A DNA stretch of 63,929 nt from Chloroflexia bacterium (GTDB taxonomy: Bacteria > Chloroflexota > Chloroflexia > DTKN01). Shown piece by piece: positions 45,478 to 59,954 of the stretch (its first letter is position 1; every line of letters starts with the position of its first letter). Location: NCBI GenBank assembly GCA_034433695.1, contig DAOUAK010000160.1, positions 1 through 63,929 of the forward strand, given 5' to 3'. Below the pieces are notes generated by a model, which made no database searches, was not told the origin of the DNA, and worked only from the letters and a program-made list of their open reading frames with translations. The position numbers and the translations under genes were made by a program.

Positions 45478-47033
45478 AGCGCGACCTTATCCTGGCCCTC
45501 GATAGTGGCACTCAGAGTGTGCGGGCGATCCTTTTCGACCTGCAGGGAAACCTTCTGGCCAAAGCGCGGGTGCTGTTGGAGCCGTACTTTTCTCCCCAGC
45601 CGGGCTGGGCCGAGCAGCACCCGGAGTACTACTGGGATTCCCTGGCCCGGGCCTGTCGGGAGTTATGGCAGGAGGACGATGCCCGCGACCGGCTGGCCGG
45701 CGTGGCCCTGACCTGCCAGCGGGCCACCGTGGTCAATGTGGACGAGGAGGGCCGGCCGCTGCGCCCGGCCATCCTCTGGCTCGACCAGCGCCGCACCTAT
45801 GGGCTGAAGCCGATAGGCGGCTGGTGGGGATTGGCCTTCCGGCTGGCCGGCGTCAGCGGGACGGTGGCCTACCTCCAGGCCGAGGCCGAGGCCAACTGGA
45901 TTCGCACCCACCAGCCCGAGGTCTGGGAGCGCACGTACAAGTACCTCCTCCTCTCCGGCTACCTCACTTATCGGCTGACCGGCCGCTTTGTAGACTCGGT
46001 GGGCTGCCAGGTGGGGTACATCCCCTTCGATTACAAAGGGCTGAACTGGGCCCCCCGCTGGGATTGGAAATGGCGGGCCGTGCCGCTGGATCCGGCCCGT
46101 CTGCCGGAACTCGTGCCGCCGGCCGGCCTGCTGGGCGAGATTACTCCCCAGGCGGCCGAGGCCACCGGCATCCCGGCCGGCCTGCCGCTCATCGCCGCCG
46201 CTGCCGATAAGGCTTGCGAGGTCATCGGGGCCGGCTGCCTCTCCCCCCAGATCGGTTGCCTCTCCTACGGCACCACGGCGACGATCAACGTGACCTCCCC
46301 CCGTTACGCGGAGGTTATCCCCATCATCCCTCCCTATCCGGCAGCGGTGCCCGGAGCCTATAGCCTGGAGGTGCAGGTCTTTCGCGGCTACTGGATGGTC
46401 TCCTGGTTCAAGCGGGAATTCGGCTACCCCGAATGTCGCCTGGCCGAGGAACAGGGCTGCGAGCCGGAGGCGCTTTTCGATGGTCTGGTCGAGGGGGTGC
46501 CACCCGGCTCGATGGGACTCGTCCTGCAGCCGTACTGGTCGCCGGGCCTGAAGGTGCCGGGGCCGGAGGCCAAGGGGGCGATCATCGGCTTCGGCGATGT
46601 GCACACCCGGGGCCACCTCTACCGGGCCATCCTGGAGGGAATCGCCTATGCGCTGCGCGAGGGCAAAGAACGGATCGAGCGACGCAGCGGCACCCCTATC
46701 CGGGAAGTGCGCGTCTCCGGCGGCGGTTCCCAGAGCGATGCGGCCATGCAGATCACCGCCGACGTCTTCGGTCTGCCGGCCGCCCGTCCCCATGTCTACG
46801 AGACGGCCGGCCTGGGCGCGGCGATAGATGCCGCCGTCGGGCTGGGCCTCCACCCCGATTTCGCCTCGGCGGTGGAGGCCATGACCCGCGTCGGCCGGGT
46901 CTTTCAACCCGATCCCCAGGCCCATGCCCTCTATGAGGGCCTTTACCGCCGGGTCTATCGCCGGATGTACCACCGGCTACGTCCCCTCTACGCGGAGATC
47001 CGGGCCGTTACCGGTTACCCGGAGCAGTTGTGA
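45474..47033 (+). CDS. FGGY-family carbohydrate kinase (canonical motifs)
   Basis: ATG at 45474 overlaps the glpD stop (ATGA). [16 protein letters not shown] (intact DxGT phosphate-1 loop), [35 protein letters not shown]. Confidence 0.85.
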   Translation: MKRDLILALDSGTQSVRAILFDLQGNLLAKARVLLEPYFSPQPGWAEQHPEYYWDSLARACRELWQEDDARDRLAGVALTCQRATVVNVDEEGRPLRPAILWLDQRRTYGLKPIGGWWGLAFRLAGVSGTVAYLQAEAEANWIRTHQPEVWERTYKYLLLSGYLTYRLTGRFVDSVGCQVGYIPFDYKGLNWAPRWDWKWRAVPLDPARLPELVPPAGLLGEITPQAAEATGIPAGLPLIAAAADKACEVIGAGCLSPQIGCLSYGTTATINVTSPRYAEVIPIIPPYPAAVPGAYSLEVQVFRGYWMVSWFKREFGYPECRLAEEQGCEPEALFDGLVEGVPPGSMGLVLQPYWSPGLKVPGPEAKGAIIGFGDVHTRGHLYRAILEGIAYALREGKERIERRSGTPIREVRVSGGGSQSDAAMQITADVFGLPAARPHVYETAGLGAAIDAAVGLGLHPDFASAVEAMTRVGRVFQPDPQAHALYEGLYRRVYRRMYHRLRPLYAEIRAVTGYPEQL

Positions 47034-47039
47034 TTTGCC

Positions 47040-47606
47040 ATGGAACCCTATGAGAAAAGCCGCCAGGAAGAACAGAGGAAGCGTGAGGAGGCGGCGCGCA
47101 AGTACCTGGCCCGGAAGATGCCTGACGAGAGGACAAGGTTTTTCCGGAAGTGGCGCAACACGCTGGCCTGGCTTTCTCCTTTCCTGGTGGCGATGTTGCT
47201 GCTTTGCCTTGTGCTTTCCCTCCTCCTGGGCGGACTGCAGAGTTTCATCGGCGAGCGGTGGATGAGGCCGCCGCGCTACCCCGACGCCCAGAAGGTGGAC
47301 TACCGCCGGGGAGAGGTCTGCTCGATGCCGGCGCCGGCAGTATACTGTTTCGAGTGGTGGTACCGGACGCCGGATTCTCCAGAGAAGGTCAAGGCCTATT
47401 ACGAGAACCTGGAGTGGTGGGGGCATCCCAAAATCTCATTCGAGTGGAAGCGAAGCCGTCGCTACGGCTCCGCCTGGACGGCCGATTCCTGCACTTCCAT
47501 CATCGGGGCCGTCTCCTGTTATCAAATCGTCCTGCTTCCCCAGGAGGACGGCACAACCGTCTACATCCTGGAAGCCGGTTCGATGGGGGGAAACCCGTTA
47601 CAATAG
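47040..47606 (+). CDS. hypothetical membrane-anchored protein
   Basis: Charged N-terminus, one TM (WLSPFLVAMLLLCLVLSLLLGGL), and a Trp/Cys-containing C-terminal domain. Starts 6 nt after the kinase stop. Confidence 0.6.
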   Translation: MEPYEKSRQEEQRKREEAARKYLARKMPDERTRFFRKWRNTLAWLSPFLVAMLLLCLVLSLLLGGLQSFIGERWMRPPRYPDAQKVDYRRGEVCSMPAPAVYCFEWWYRTPDSPEKVKAYYENLEWWGHPKISFEWKRSRRYGSAWTADSCTSIIGAVSCYQIVLLPQEDGTTVYILEAGSMGGNPLQ

Positions 47607-47655
47607 GCAGCCCGGGTATTCCGGGCGTCCGATTGTCCGGTCCTCCTAGGATCGG

Positions 47656-50600
47656 CTATCCCGTCGCCAGGCCCTGGTTCCCCTCCAGCGCGGCCAGAAG
47701 GCCGTAGGCCAACCAGAAGGTGGCTGCCCAGTCAGGGGCGAAGAAGAGTCCGTCCAGGAAGCCGTGGAACAGGGCGTAGGCGACGCTTCCCAGCAGGCCC
47801 AGGGCAAGGATTCGTCCGGCCTCCTCCGCCCCGCGCCGGCAGGTGCGGAAAGCCCGGACCAGGAAGGCGCCGTAAAGCCATATCCCTGCGGCCAGCCCCA
47901 ATAGCCCCAGGCGCGTCCAGAACTCCAGCACGCCGTTGTGGGGGTTCCAGTAGGCCTCCTTTTCCCCGAAGAGGGCCCGATAGTGGCTGTAGAAGGCGTC
48001 CAGCCCCAGTCCCACCCAGGGACTTTTTTCCACCAGCACCCAGGCCCTGCGCCACAATTCCAGCCGGTTGAGGAAGGTATCCAGCGCCAGTAGCCGGCTC
48101 CAGCCTCCCGTAAGCCAGGCAAAGAGCCCCACCGCTGCACCGGCCCCCAGTTCGATCCAGAGCACCAGCCGGCTGTACATCAGGCCGTAAAGGAGGAGGG
48201 TCAGGGCAACGGCGATGTAGCCGGCCCGGGAGTAGGTCAGGACAAAGGCCAGCGTTATCGGTAAAAGCGCCAGGCCGTAGAGCAGCCGCCGACGTCCCCG
48301 GGGGAGGAAAAATGCCGCCGCCACGGTCAGGACCAGCACACGCCCCAGGAAAAGGGCCAGGGCGTTGGCCGAGAAGGTGCCGTAGACCGAGGTGGCCCGG
48401 CGCACCCCGTCGGCCACCTCGGCGTGCATCCAGGGGGTGAAGACCTGCACGATGCCGCCCAGTCCTACCAGCGCCCCGCTCAGCACCAGGGCGTCCACCG
48501 GCCACCAGAGATGCTCCCGCCGGCCGCGATAGGCCAGCACCAGCAAGGGGTAAAGGAGCAGGGGCTCCACGACCGTCACCCGATACTCCCGCAGCGAAAG
48601 GCGCAGCAGGCCGCCCCCCTCGACCGTCGGGAAAGAGGGGTCGGTGCTCCAGAGGAGCGAGCCGGTGCAGACCAGCAGGAAGGCCAGGGCCGGCAGGAGC
48701 AGTCCCCTCGGCCCGTTCTTGCCGAGGCGCAGGACCTCCGGATGCCGTAGAACGTGCATTCCCCCGGCGACGGCGCAGGCCAGGAGGGCCATTTCCAGCA
48801 GGGAAAAGCGTCCCCCGGCCAGTGTGGCCGGCTGGGCGTACAGGGGGATGACGAAGATGGCTCCCAGGAGGGCCAGGTCCAGCCGCAGGAGGGCCAGAAG
48901 CACCAGGGCGACCCAAGCGGCCAGCGCCACGGGAAGCGGCAACGGACGGTAGATGGCGGCCAGGGCCAGGGCCATTCCCCCCAGGACGACCGGCCGCTGC
49001 CAGCGCTCGGGCAGTCCCCGGAAGCGTTCCACCCGGCGCCACAGCCAGGCCCAGAGGGCCTCCAGTCCGGCCGGTAGGCTCAAAAGGAGCAGGACCAGCA
49101 CCGCCACCAACCCCAGCGAAAGGACCGCCGTAAGTGTGGGGAAGAGCCACGGGTAAGGAACTTCCCGCACCACGTAGCAGCCGCGCAGTGCCCCGGCCGG
49201 CCCTTCGATGACGAAGGTGTGCCGCCCCTCGGCCAGGCCTTCGGCGGCGATATATCGGACTTCGTCGCCCTCGTTCCTCCAGAACCGTAGGGGGCGGGGT
49301 TGCCCATCTACCACGACGTGGACGGTCGAGGGGGAAATCCCGCTCGGGAGGACCAGGTCCAGGCGTGTGCCCAGGAAAAGTTGCTCCTGGCGCCCGACAG
49401 CCTTCAGGGTGTGATAGCCCACGCCCAGGGGAATGCCTTTTTCCGTCCAGGCGCGCACCATCTCATAGGCCGGCAGGGGGGTAAAGTCGTAGCCGACCAG
49501 GGCGAAGAACTGGGTCGGGTCTTCGGCCTTCGGGGGAGGACCGCCCCAGCGCAGAAACCACAGGTTTCGCACTCCCATCCAGGGCCACTCGCTCAGGGAA
49601 CGTTCCAGCGCCTCCACGATGTACCGGCCCTTGACCTCCTCGCTGACCGATGCTCCCCACGGGCTGGGCCGGCCGCTCCATCCCGGCGGCGTGGCGTTCC
49701 AGCCCAGTTCGCCCACCCAAATGGCCTTTTCTCTATCGCCGAAGCGCTCCATCACCTCACGCAGCAGCACCACCCGGGAGACATCGGTGCGGGTGACCGG
49801 ACGCCACTTTTCCCGGTCGAACCCCAGGGGGGAATGCTCGGTAGGGGGCTGTCCCAGGCCGTAGAGTTGGGCCGACATCACGTCGAAGCAATCCTTTCCG
49901 CCGACCCGGTAGACCGCTTCCAGAAAGGCCAGGTCGCTCATGTGGCGCGGGTCCAGGCCGTCGTTGGGAGCCAGGCTGGGGAAGAGGACGGTCACGGTCG
50001 GGTCGGCCTCTTTGGCCCGCCGGTAGCCCAGGCAGAGGAGTTCGACAAAGCGCCGGGGGTCAATCGGAGCCCAGTTCCACTCGTTGGCCAGGTTAGGCTC
50101 GTTCCAGATCTGGATGTAGCGCACCTTTCCCCGGTAGCGCGAGACGACGGCATGGACAAAGTCGCCATAGTCCTCCAGGCGGTCCGGCGGCCCGGTGATG
50201 TCGCGGTCCGGTTCCTCGGCCAGGGCGGCGCGGAGGCGCTCCGAGGCCAGGGCCTCCTTCCGGGCCCAATCCGGCGGTCGGTCCAGGCGGACGATGAGTT
50301 CCAGCCCATACTCCTGGGCCAGGGCCACGATGCGGTCGTAATGTTCCCAGGTGCTTCGGGCGTAGCGTTCGTCCCAGAAATCCCCTTTGGCGTTCGGTTC
50401 GATCTGGTCCCAGGGGAACTGCTGCTTGACCCAGTGGGCACCCATCTGCGCGGCCATCTCCAGCGTACGGCGGATGGCCGCCTCGTCCGGTTCGCGGTCC
50501 AGGAAGAGGTTGACCCCTAGAGGGGGGACATCGGCCTGGGGGATGCGGGGGAGGTCGGCGCCCCAGGCCACTCCGCGGCCGTGGACGTTATCCAGCCAGA

Positions 50601-50736
50601 GGGTGAGGCTCAGGCCGGCCGTAAGGAGGGCCAGAAGGAGAAAAAGTAGCCCGATTTGACAAAATTGGGATTTTGTGGTATACTGATTTTTTGAAGTTTC
50701 GCAAAAATCGGGCCTGTATTGCGGTGGGGCATCCAT
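47656..50736 (-). CDS. fusion protein: N-terminal clan GH-A glycoside hydrolase-like domain + C-terminal O-antigen ligase/polymerase (Wzy_C-like) polytopic membrane domain
   Basis: ATG at 50736. TM anchor, then IQIWNEPNLANEW (acid/base NEP) and IWVGELGWN (nucleophile-type E), then more than 10 TM segments with LTYSRAGYIAVALTLL (O-antigen-ligase-like loop). Confidence 0.8.
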   Translation of the reverse strand: MDAPPQYRPDFCETSKNQYTTKSQFCQIGLLFLLLALLTAGLSLTLWLDNVHGRGVAWGADLPRIPQADVPPLGVNLFLDREPDEAAIRRTLEMAAQMGAHWVKQQFPWDQIEPNAKGDFWDERYARSTWEHYDRIVALAQEYGLELIVRLDRPPDWARKEALASERLRAALAEEPDRDITGPPDRLEDYGDFVHAVVSRYRGKVRYIQIWNEPNLANEWNWAPIDPRRFVELLCLGYRRAKEADPTVTVLFPSLAPNDGLDPRHMSDLAFLEAVYRVGGKDCFDVMSAQLYGLGQPPTEHSPLGFDREKWRPVTRTDVSRVVLLREVMERFGDREKAIWVGELGWNATPPGWSGRPSPWGASVSEEVKGRYIVEALERSLSEWPWMGVRNLWFLRWGGPPPKAEDPTQFFALVGYDFTPLPAYEMVRAWTEKGIPLGVGYHTLKAVGRQEQLFLGTRLDLVLPSGISPSTVHVVVDGQPRPLRFWRNEGDEVRYIAAEGLAEGRHTFVIEGPAGALRGCYVVREVPYPWLFPTLTAVLSLGLVAVLVLLLLSLPAGLEALWAWLWRRVERFRGLPERWQRPVVLGGMALALAAIYRPLPLPVALAAWVALVLLALLRLDLALLGAIFVIPLYAQPATLAGGRFSLLEMALLACAVAGGMHVLRHPEVLRLGKNGPRGLLLPALAFLLVCTGSLLWSTDPSFPTVEGGGLLRLSLREYRVTVVEPLLLYPLLVLAYRGRREHLWWPVDALVLSGALVGLGGIVQVFTPWMHAEVADGVRRATSVYGTFSANALALFLGRVLVLTVAAAFFLPRGRRRLLYGLALLPITLAFVLTYSRAGYIAVALTLLLYGLMYSRLVLWIELGAGAAVGLFAWLTGGWSRLLALDTFLNRLELWRRAWVLVEKSPWVGLGLDAFYSHYRALFGEKEAYWNPHNGVLEFWTRLGLLGLAAGIWLYGAFLVRAFRTCRRGAEEAGRILALGLLGSVAYALFHGFLDGLFFAPDWAATFWLAYGLLAALEGNQGLATG
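50656..50684 (+). promoter_or_regulatory. consensus promoter TTGACA-17-TGgTATACT pointing toward rpoB
   Basis: TTGACA at 50656-50661, 17-nt spacer, TGg + TATACT at 50676-50684. It lies inside the first about 27 codons of the opposite-strand gene and about 390 nt upstream of the rpoB ATG. Confidence 0.5.
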
Positions 50737-50847
50737 TGATCGTCTCGATCACTCAGGAGATGGGCAACCGAAACGGTCTTTCCCATTCTCCTGTTTCTTT
50801 GGCTTTTAGGCCGGTCGCCGGTTCGATTCAGGCCATGGGCAAGGGCG

Positions 50848-50875
50848 GTAGGGGCGAGGTGCGTCTCGCCCGTAC
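50848..50875. repeat. 28-nt GC-rich palindromic (REP-like) element, copy 1
   Basis: GTAGGGGCGAG-GTGCGT-CTCGCCCGTAC. Near-identical, in inverted orientation, to the copy at 63581-63608. Confidence 0.75.
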
Positions 50876-50899
50876 TTCGCCTCTATGGAAGCGGAAGAC

Positions 50900-50929
50900 A
50901 TTATACCCGATAACCGGCCTTTTTGTCCA
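50900..50929 (-). promoter_or_regulatory. candidate promoter for the GH/O-antigen-ligase gene (TGGACA-18-TATAAT, minus strand)
   Basis: Reverse complement gives TGGACA (50929-50924), an 18-nt spacer, then TATAAT (50905-50900). Confidence 0.3.
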
Positions 50930-51077
50930 GCAGGCGGGGAATGAAGTTACGGGGTCTATCTAACCGTTCCTCGTGGTGCCCCTCAATCCGCGGAAAGGTG
51001 CCCGCTTGACCGGTGTACGAGGAAACGAGAATTCCCGCAATGGGCGCAGGCGGCCGGGCCGCGCCGAGGAGTAGAAG

Positions 51078-54989
<3,912 letters not shown>

Positions 54990-55003
54990 GGAGATAGAGC
55001 GAG

Positions 55004-58000
55004 ATGACCCGAATCAATGAGATCACGGCCATTCGTTTGGGCCTGGCTTCACCGGAGGAGATTCGCCGCTGGTCGCATGGGGAGGTGACCAAGCCGGAGA
55101 CCATCAACTACCGTACCCTGCGGCCGGAACGCGACGGTCTCTTCTGTGAACGCATCTTCGGCCCCCAGAAGGACTGGGAATGTGCCTGTGGGAAATATAA
55201 GCGGATACGCCACCACGGCATTATCTGCGACAAGTGCGGGGTGGAGGTCACCCGTTCCCGGGTGCGTCGGGAACGGATGGGTCACATCGAACTGGCCGCT
55301 CCGGTCAGCCATATCTGGTTCGTCAAGGGGACACCCAGTCGGCTGGGCCTGCTCCTGGACATAACCCCCCGCAACCTGGAGCGGGTGATCTACTTTGCGG
55401 CCTATATCGTCACCGAGGTGGACGCGGAGCGGCGAGATCACCTGCTCGAACGCCTTCAGCAGGAGATGGCCGAGGAACTGGCCCAGGTGGAAACCGAAGG
55501 TCAGGAAGAGATTGCCCGCATCCGGGAACGGCTGGCCGGCGAACTGGAACTTCTGGAACGGGCCCGGGAGACCACCCTGCAGCGTTATGAAGACGAACTG
55601 ATCGCCAAGACAGAGCACTTTGTTCAGGTGGCCCGGGAGATCGAGGCCCAACTGCATACCTGGGAGGGGAAGCCGGCACCGCAGGACATCGTCTTCGAGC
55701 CGACCGGGGACTTGATCGCCCAGGCCGGCGAGGTGATTTCCGGGGAAACGCTATCCCGCTTGAGCGAGGTGGCCCAGGCGGCCATCGAAAGGGCGGAACC
55801 GCCCATCCGAGAGCAGCAGGCCCAGGTTCATTTGCAGACCCAAAGCGAACGGGACCAGCGCATCTACGTCGCCGAGCAGGAAATTACCCGCATCGAGGAA
55901 AGGATCCGCGAGCAACAGGAGGCGATCCGCCAGCGCTATGAAGGTCGCCTGCGGATGATCCGGGAACTCCACCGGGGCATGCTCATGACCGAGGCCCAGT
56001 ACCACGAGTACCGCGAACAGTGTGGGGCCATCTTCCGGGCCGATATGGGTGCCGGCGCCATCCGCGAACTCCTCAGCCGGATGGACCTGGACCGGATGCA
56101 GGCCGAACTCAAGGAGGAGATGGAAAACAGCCCCTCGGCCCAGCGCCGCAAGAAGGCCAGCAAGCGCCTGCGAGTGGTGGAGGCCTTCCGAAAGTCGGGC
56201 AACCGCCCCGAGTGGATGATTCTGACCGTCCTGCCGGTCCTGCCGCCGGACCTGCGGCCGATGGTGCAACTCGACGGCGGCCGCTTTGCTACTTCCGACC
56301 TGAACGACCTCTACCGGCGGGTGATCAACCGGAACAACCGGCTACGCCGCCTGCTGGAACTCAAGGCCCCCGAAATCATTGTGCGCAATGAAAAGCGGAT
56401 GCTCCAGGAGGCGGTGGATGCCCTGATCGATAACGGCCGGCGCGGACGGGCCGTCTCGGGCCGGGGGAAGCACCGCCTCAAGTCCCTCTCCGATATGCTC
56501 AAGGGCAAGCAGGGTCGCTTCCGTCAGAACCTCCTGGGCAAGCGGGTGGACTATTCCGGCCGTTCGGTGATCGTGGTGGGACCGGAACTGAAACTGCACC
56601 AGTGCGGTCTGCCCAAGCGTATGGCCCTGGAACTCTTCAAGCCGTTCGTGATGCGGGGACTGGTGGCCCGGGGTTATGCCCACAACATCAAGAGCGCCAA
56701 GCGCAGTGTCGAGCGGATGCGGCCGGAGGTTTGGGATGTCCTGGAGGAGGTCATCCAGAATTATCTGGTGCTCCTGAACCGGGCCCCCTCTCTGCACCGT
56801 CTTTCCATCCAGGCTTTTGAACCGGTCCTGATCGAGGGCAGCGCCATCCAACTCCATCCCTTGGTCTGTACCGCCTTTGGGGCCGACTTCGACGGTGACC
56901 AGATGGCCGTACATGTTCCCCTCTCGGAAAAGGCTCAGGAGGAGGCCCGCCAGCGGATGCTTTCCACCCTTAATTTGCTCTCCCCGGCCACGGGTGACCC
57001 CATTATCACCCCGACCCAGGAGATGGTCCTGGGCTGCTACTACATGACCCTCATTCGCCCCGGAGCGCGAGGAGAGGGCAAGTACTTTGCCAGCATCGAG
57101 GAGGCCCGGATGGCCTATGAGGCGGGAGCCATTACCCTCCAGACCCGCATCCACATCCTCCTGCCCGGGGACTTTCGGGCCGGAGATGCTCCGGTGGAGA
57201 CCTGCCTGGGGCGGGTCATCTTCAACGAAGTTCTTCCCTCGGACCTGCGTTTCCGAAATGAAGTGGTAGATAAAAAGGCCCTCAAGCAGATCATCGCCGA
57301 TTGCTATCGTCTGCACGGACCGGAGGAGACGGCGGCGATGGCCGACCGCATCAAACGGCTGGGCTTTCAGTACGCCACCCGGGCCGGGCTGACGATCGGC
57401 ATTGATGACATCCAGATACCGGTCCGCAAGGCGGAGATCCTGGCCCAGGCCGATGCCGAGGTGGAAAACCTGGAGCGCCAGTTCCGACGGGGGCTCATCA
57501 CCGAGGGAGAGCGTTATCGGGGCACGGTGGAAATCTGGACCGAGGCCACCCAGAAGATCACCGCCGAGGTGGCCCAGACGCTGGACCGCTTCGGCCCGGT
57601 GTATATGATGGCCACCTCCGGAGCCCGCGGCAACATCGAACAGATCCGCCAGATGGCCGGGATGCGTGGTCTGATGACCGACCCGGCCGGCCGGATCATC
57701 GACCTGCCGATCCGCTCCAACTTCCGGGAGGGCCTTTCGGTCCTGGAGTACTTTGTCTCGACCCACGGCGGGCGCAAGGGACTGGCCGATACCGCCCTGC
57801 GCACGGCCGAGGCCGGTTACCTCACCCGACGCCTGGTGGACGTGGCCCAGGATGTAACCATCACTCAGGTGGATTGCGGAACCGAGGCCGGCATCTGGAT
57901 TCGGGAGTCTGACAACAATATCGAGGACATGCGGGCCCGGCTGGTCGGCCGCATGATGGCCGCTCCTCTGGTGGATCCTCGCACCGGCGAGGTGCTGGTC

Positions 58001-59416
58001 GAACGCAACCAGGAGTTTGATGAAAACGTCTGGGAGCGTGTCTCGGCCGTCAACCGGGAAGTCTGGCGGCGGGTGGCCGAGATCATGCGTGAGCCGCTGG
58101 CTTTCTTCCGCGACGATCGGCGCAAGGCCATCCTCCGGGGCGAGGAACAGGTGCCGGAAGAGGCCCGTAAGGTGCTGGAGGAGGCCATCACCTCCTTCTA
58201 CGTCCGTTCTCCGCTTTCCTGCCAATCGCCCTGGGGCATCTGTGCGATGTGCTATGGGCGTAACCTGGCCACCGGACGGCTGGTGGAGCCGGGCGAGGCC
58301 GTAGGAATCATCGCTGCCCAGTCCATCGGCGAACCGGGTACCCAGTTGACCCTGCGCACTTTCCACACCGGCGGCGTCAAGACGGAACTGGACATCACCA
58401 AGGGCTTGCCCCGCGTGCAGGAAATCTTTGAGGCCCGTCTGCCCAAGGGCAAGGCCGAAATTAGCGAGATCGACGGCCTGGTGGAGATCGTCCGCGACGG
58501 CGAGTACCGGGTGATCCGGGTGGTGCATAGCGAACCGTACAGCGATGTCTACGAGATCCCCGAAGGCTTTTCCGTCCGCGTGCGCGAGGGGGATACGGTG
58601 GAAGCCGGGGAAGTCCTGGCCGAGTCCAAGGATGATCGCCCTCCTATCGTGGCCGGCGTATCCGGAGAGGTCCTGGTAGAAGACGGCCGGGTGATTGTGC
58701 GGGGGAGCAAGGAAGAAGTACGCGAGTACCGGGTACCGGTTACCGTTCGGCTGAAGGTGCGCGAGGGCCAGTGGGTCGAAGCCGGATGTCAACTCACCGA
58801 AGGTTCCATCGACCCCCGCGCCCTGCTCCAGATCGCCGGCCGGGAAACCGTTCAGGCGTACCTGGTCAACGAGGCCCAGAACGTCTACTGCTCCCAGGGC
58901 GTGAGCATCAATGACAAGCATATCGAGATTATTGTCCGGCAGATGCTCCGCCGCGTTCAGGTGGACGATCCCGGCGACACCGACTTCCTGCCCGGCGACC
59001 TGGTGGACCGTTTCTTCTACCAGCAGGAAAACGCCCGCGTCATTGCGGCCGGCGGGGAGCCGGCCATGGCCCATCTGATTTTGCTGGGCATCACCAAGGC
59101 CGCCCTGAACACCGACTCCTGGCTGGCAGCGGCCTCCTTCCAGGAGACCACCCGGGTCTTGACCGAAGCGGCGGTGACGGGTAAGGTGGACTATTTGCGC
59201 GGACTTAAGGAAAACGTGATCATCGGCCGGCTGATTCCTGCCGGCACCGGGATGGACACGCGCCGCCGCCGCGCCGAGGAACGGGCCCGATTGGCCCGCC
59301 TGGCGCTGGAGGAGGAAGAAGCCCGGGCCCGGGAGATGGAACAGGCCCGACGTTTCCTCCTGGGTGAGGAGGAATTGCCTCCCGAATTCTTCCCGGAAGA
59401 TATGCCCTCCGTATAA
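55004..59416 (+). CDS. rpoC: DNA-directed RNA polymerase subunit beta'
   Basis: Zn finger [23 protein letters not shown], catalytic [12 protein letters not shown]-type motif ([16 protein letters not shown]), and trigger loop and bridge helix regions. Confidence 0.97.
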   Translation: MTRINEITAIRLGLASPEEIRRWSHGEVTKPETINYRTLRPERDGLFCERIFGPQKDWECACGKYKRIRHHGIICDKCGVEVTRSRVRRERMGHIELAAPVSHIWFVKGTPSRLGLLLDITPRNLERVIYFAAYIVTEVDAERRDHLLERLQQEMAEELAQVETEGQEEIARIRERLAGELELLERARETTLQRYEDELIAKTEHFVQVAREIEAQLHTWEGKPAPQDIVFEPTGDLIAQAGEVISGETLSRLSEVAQAAIERAEPPIREQQAQVHLQTQSERDQRIYVAEQEITRIEERIREQQEAIRQRYEGRLRMIRELHRGMLMTEAQYHEYREQCGAIFRADMGAGAIRELLSRMDLDRMQAELKEEMENSPSAQRRKKASKRLRVVEAFRKSGNRPEWMILTVLPVLPPDLRPMVQLDGGRFATSDLNDLYRRVINRNNRLRRLLELKAPEIIVRNEKRMLQEAVDALIDNGRRGRAVSGRGKHRLKSLSDMLKGKQGRFRQNLLGKRVDYSGRSVIVVGPELKLHQCGLPKRMALELFKPFVMRGLVARGYAHNIKSAKRSVERMRPEVWDVLEEVIQNYLVLLNRAPSLHRLSIQAFEPVLIEGSAIQLHPLVCTAFGADFDGDQMAVHVPLSEKAQEEARQRMLSTLNLLSPATGDPIITPTQEMVLGCYYMTLIRPGARGEGKYFASIEEARMAYEAGAITLQTRIHILLPGDFRAGDAPVETCLGRVIFNEVLPSDLRFRNEVVDKKALKQIIADCYRLHGPEETAAMADRIKRLGFQYATRAGLTIGIDDIQIPVRKAEILAQADAEVENLERQFRRGLITEGERYRGTVEIWTEATQKITAEVAQTLDRFGPVYMMATSGARGNIEQIRQMAGMRGLMTDPAGRIIDLPIRSNFREGLSVLEYFVSTHGGRKGLADTALRTAEAGYLTRRLVDVAQDVTITQVDCGTEAGIWIRESDNNIEDMRARLVGRMMAAPLVDPRTGEVLVERNQEFDENVWERVSAVNREVWRRVAEIMREPLAFFRDDRRKAILRGEEQVPEEARKVLEEAITSFYVRSPLSCQSPWGICAMCYGRNLATGRLVEPGEAVGIIAAQSIGEPGTQLTLRTFHTGGVKTELDITKGLPRVQEIFEARLPKGKAEISEIDGLVEIVRDGEYRVIRVVHSEPYSDVYEIPEGFSVRVREGDTVEAGEVLAESKDDRPPIVAGVSGEVLVEDGRVIVRGSKEEVREYRVPVTVRLKVREGQWVEAGCQLTEGSIDPRALLQIAGRETVQAYLVNEAQNVYCSQGVSINDKHIEIIVRQMLRRVQVDDPGDTDFLPGDLVDRFFYQQENARVIAAGGEPAMAHLILLGITKAALNTDSWLAAASFQETTRVLTEAAVTGKVDYLRGLKENVIIGRLIPAGTGMDTRRRRAEERARLARLALEEEEARAREMEQARRFLLGEEELPPEFFPEDMPSV

Positions 59417-59426
59417 TATCCGAACT

Positions 59427-59464
<38 letters not shown>

Positions 59465-59495
59465 AACACGAGGAATACCTTCCCAGGAGGTCGAC

Positions 59496-59954
59496 GTGCG
59501 TCCATCGTGGGACGAATATTTTATGCGCATTACCCAGGAGGTGGCCCAGCGCAGCACCTGCCTGCGCCGACAGGTGGGGGCCATCCTGGTGAAAGATAAG
59601 CACATCCTGGCCACTGGCTACAACGGTGCCCCCACCGGCCTGCCCCACTGCGAGGAAGTGGGGTGTCTCCGGGAACGGCTGGGCATTCCTTCCGGAGAAC
59701 GGGCCGAACTGTGCCGGGGGCTGCACGCCGAACAGAATGCCATCATCCAGGCTGCCGTCCACGGAGTGCAGATTCGCGGTTCCACCCTCTACAGCACCAC
59801 CCAGCCCTGCATCCTCTGTGCCAAGATGCTTATTAACGCCGGTGTGGTGCGCATCGTCTACCGGGGGCCGTACCCCGATGAACTGGCCCGCCAGATGATG
59901 GACGAGGCCGGGCTGGAGGTCGTCCGCTGGGAAGAAAGAGGAGGACAGCCGTGA
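59496..59954 (+). CDS. deoxycytidylate (dCMP) deaminase / ComEB-type cytidine-deoxycytidylate deaminase
   Basis: GTG at 59496 lies 5 nt after AGGAGG. HAEQNAI and [13 protein letters not shown] zinc motifs. Confidence 0.85.
   Translation: MRPSWDEYFMRITQEVAQRSTCLRRQVGAILVKDKHILATGYNGAPTGLPHCEEVGCLRERLGIPSGERAELCRGLHAEQNAIIQAAVHGVQIRGSTLYSTTQPCILCAKMLINAGVVRIVYRGPYPDELARQMMDEAGLEVVRWEERGGQP

Noticed and set aside
50808-50835. GGTTCGATTC string resembling a tRNA T-loop in the rpoB upstream region; possible tRNA, tmRNA or att remnant.
   Set aside because: The flanking bases do not form a T-stem, and no acceptor, D or anticodon arms can be drawn. No tmRNA-like tag reading frame or 3' end is present.
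55421-55994. Coiled-coil-rich insertion of about 190 residues in RpoC (TEVDAERRD ... [10 protein letters not shown]).
   Set aside because: Large non-conserved insertions at this position of beta' are already known in several lineages (e.g. Thermus/Deinococcus). It has no special motif, so I do not flag it as novel.
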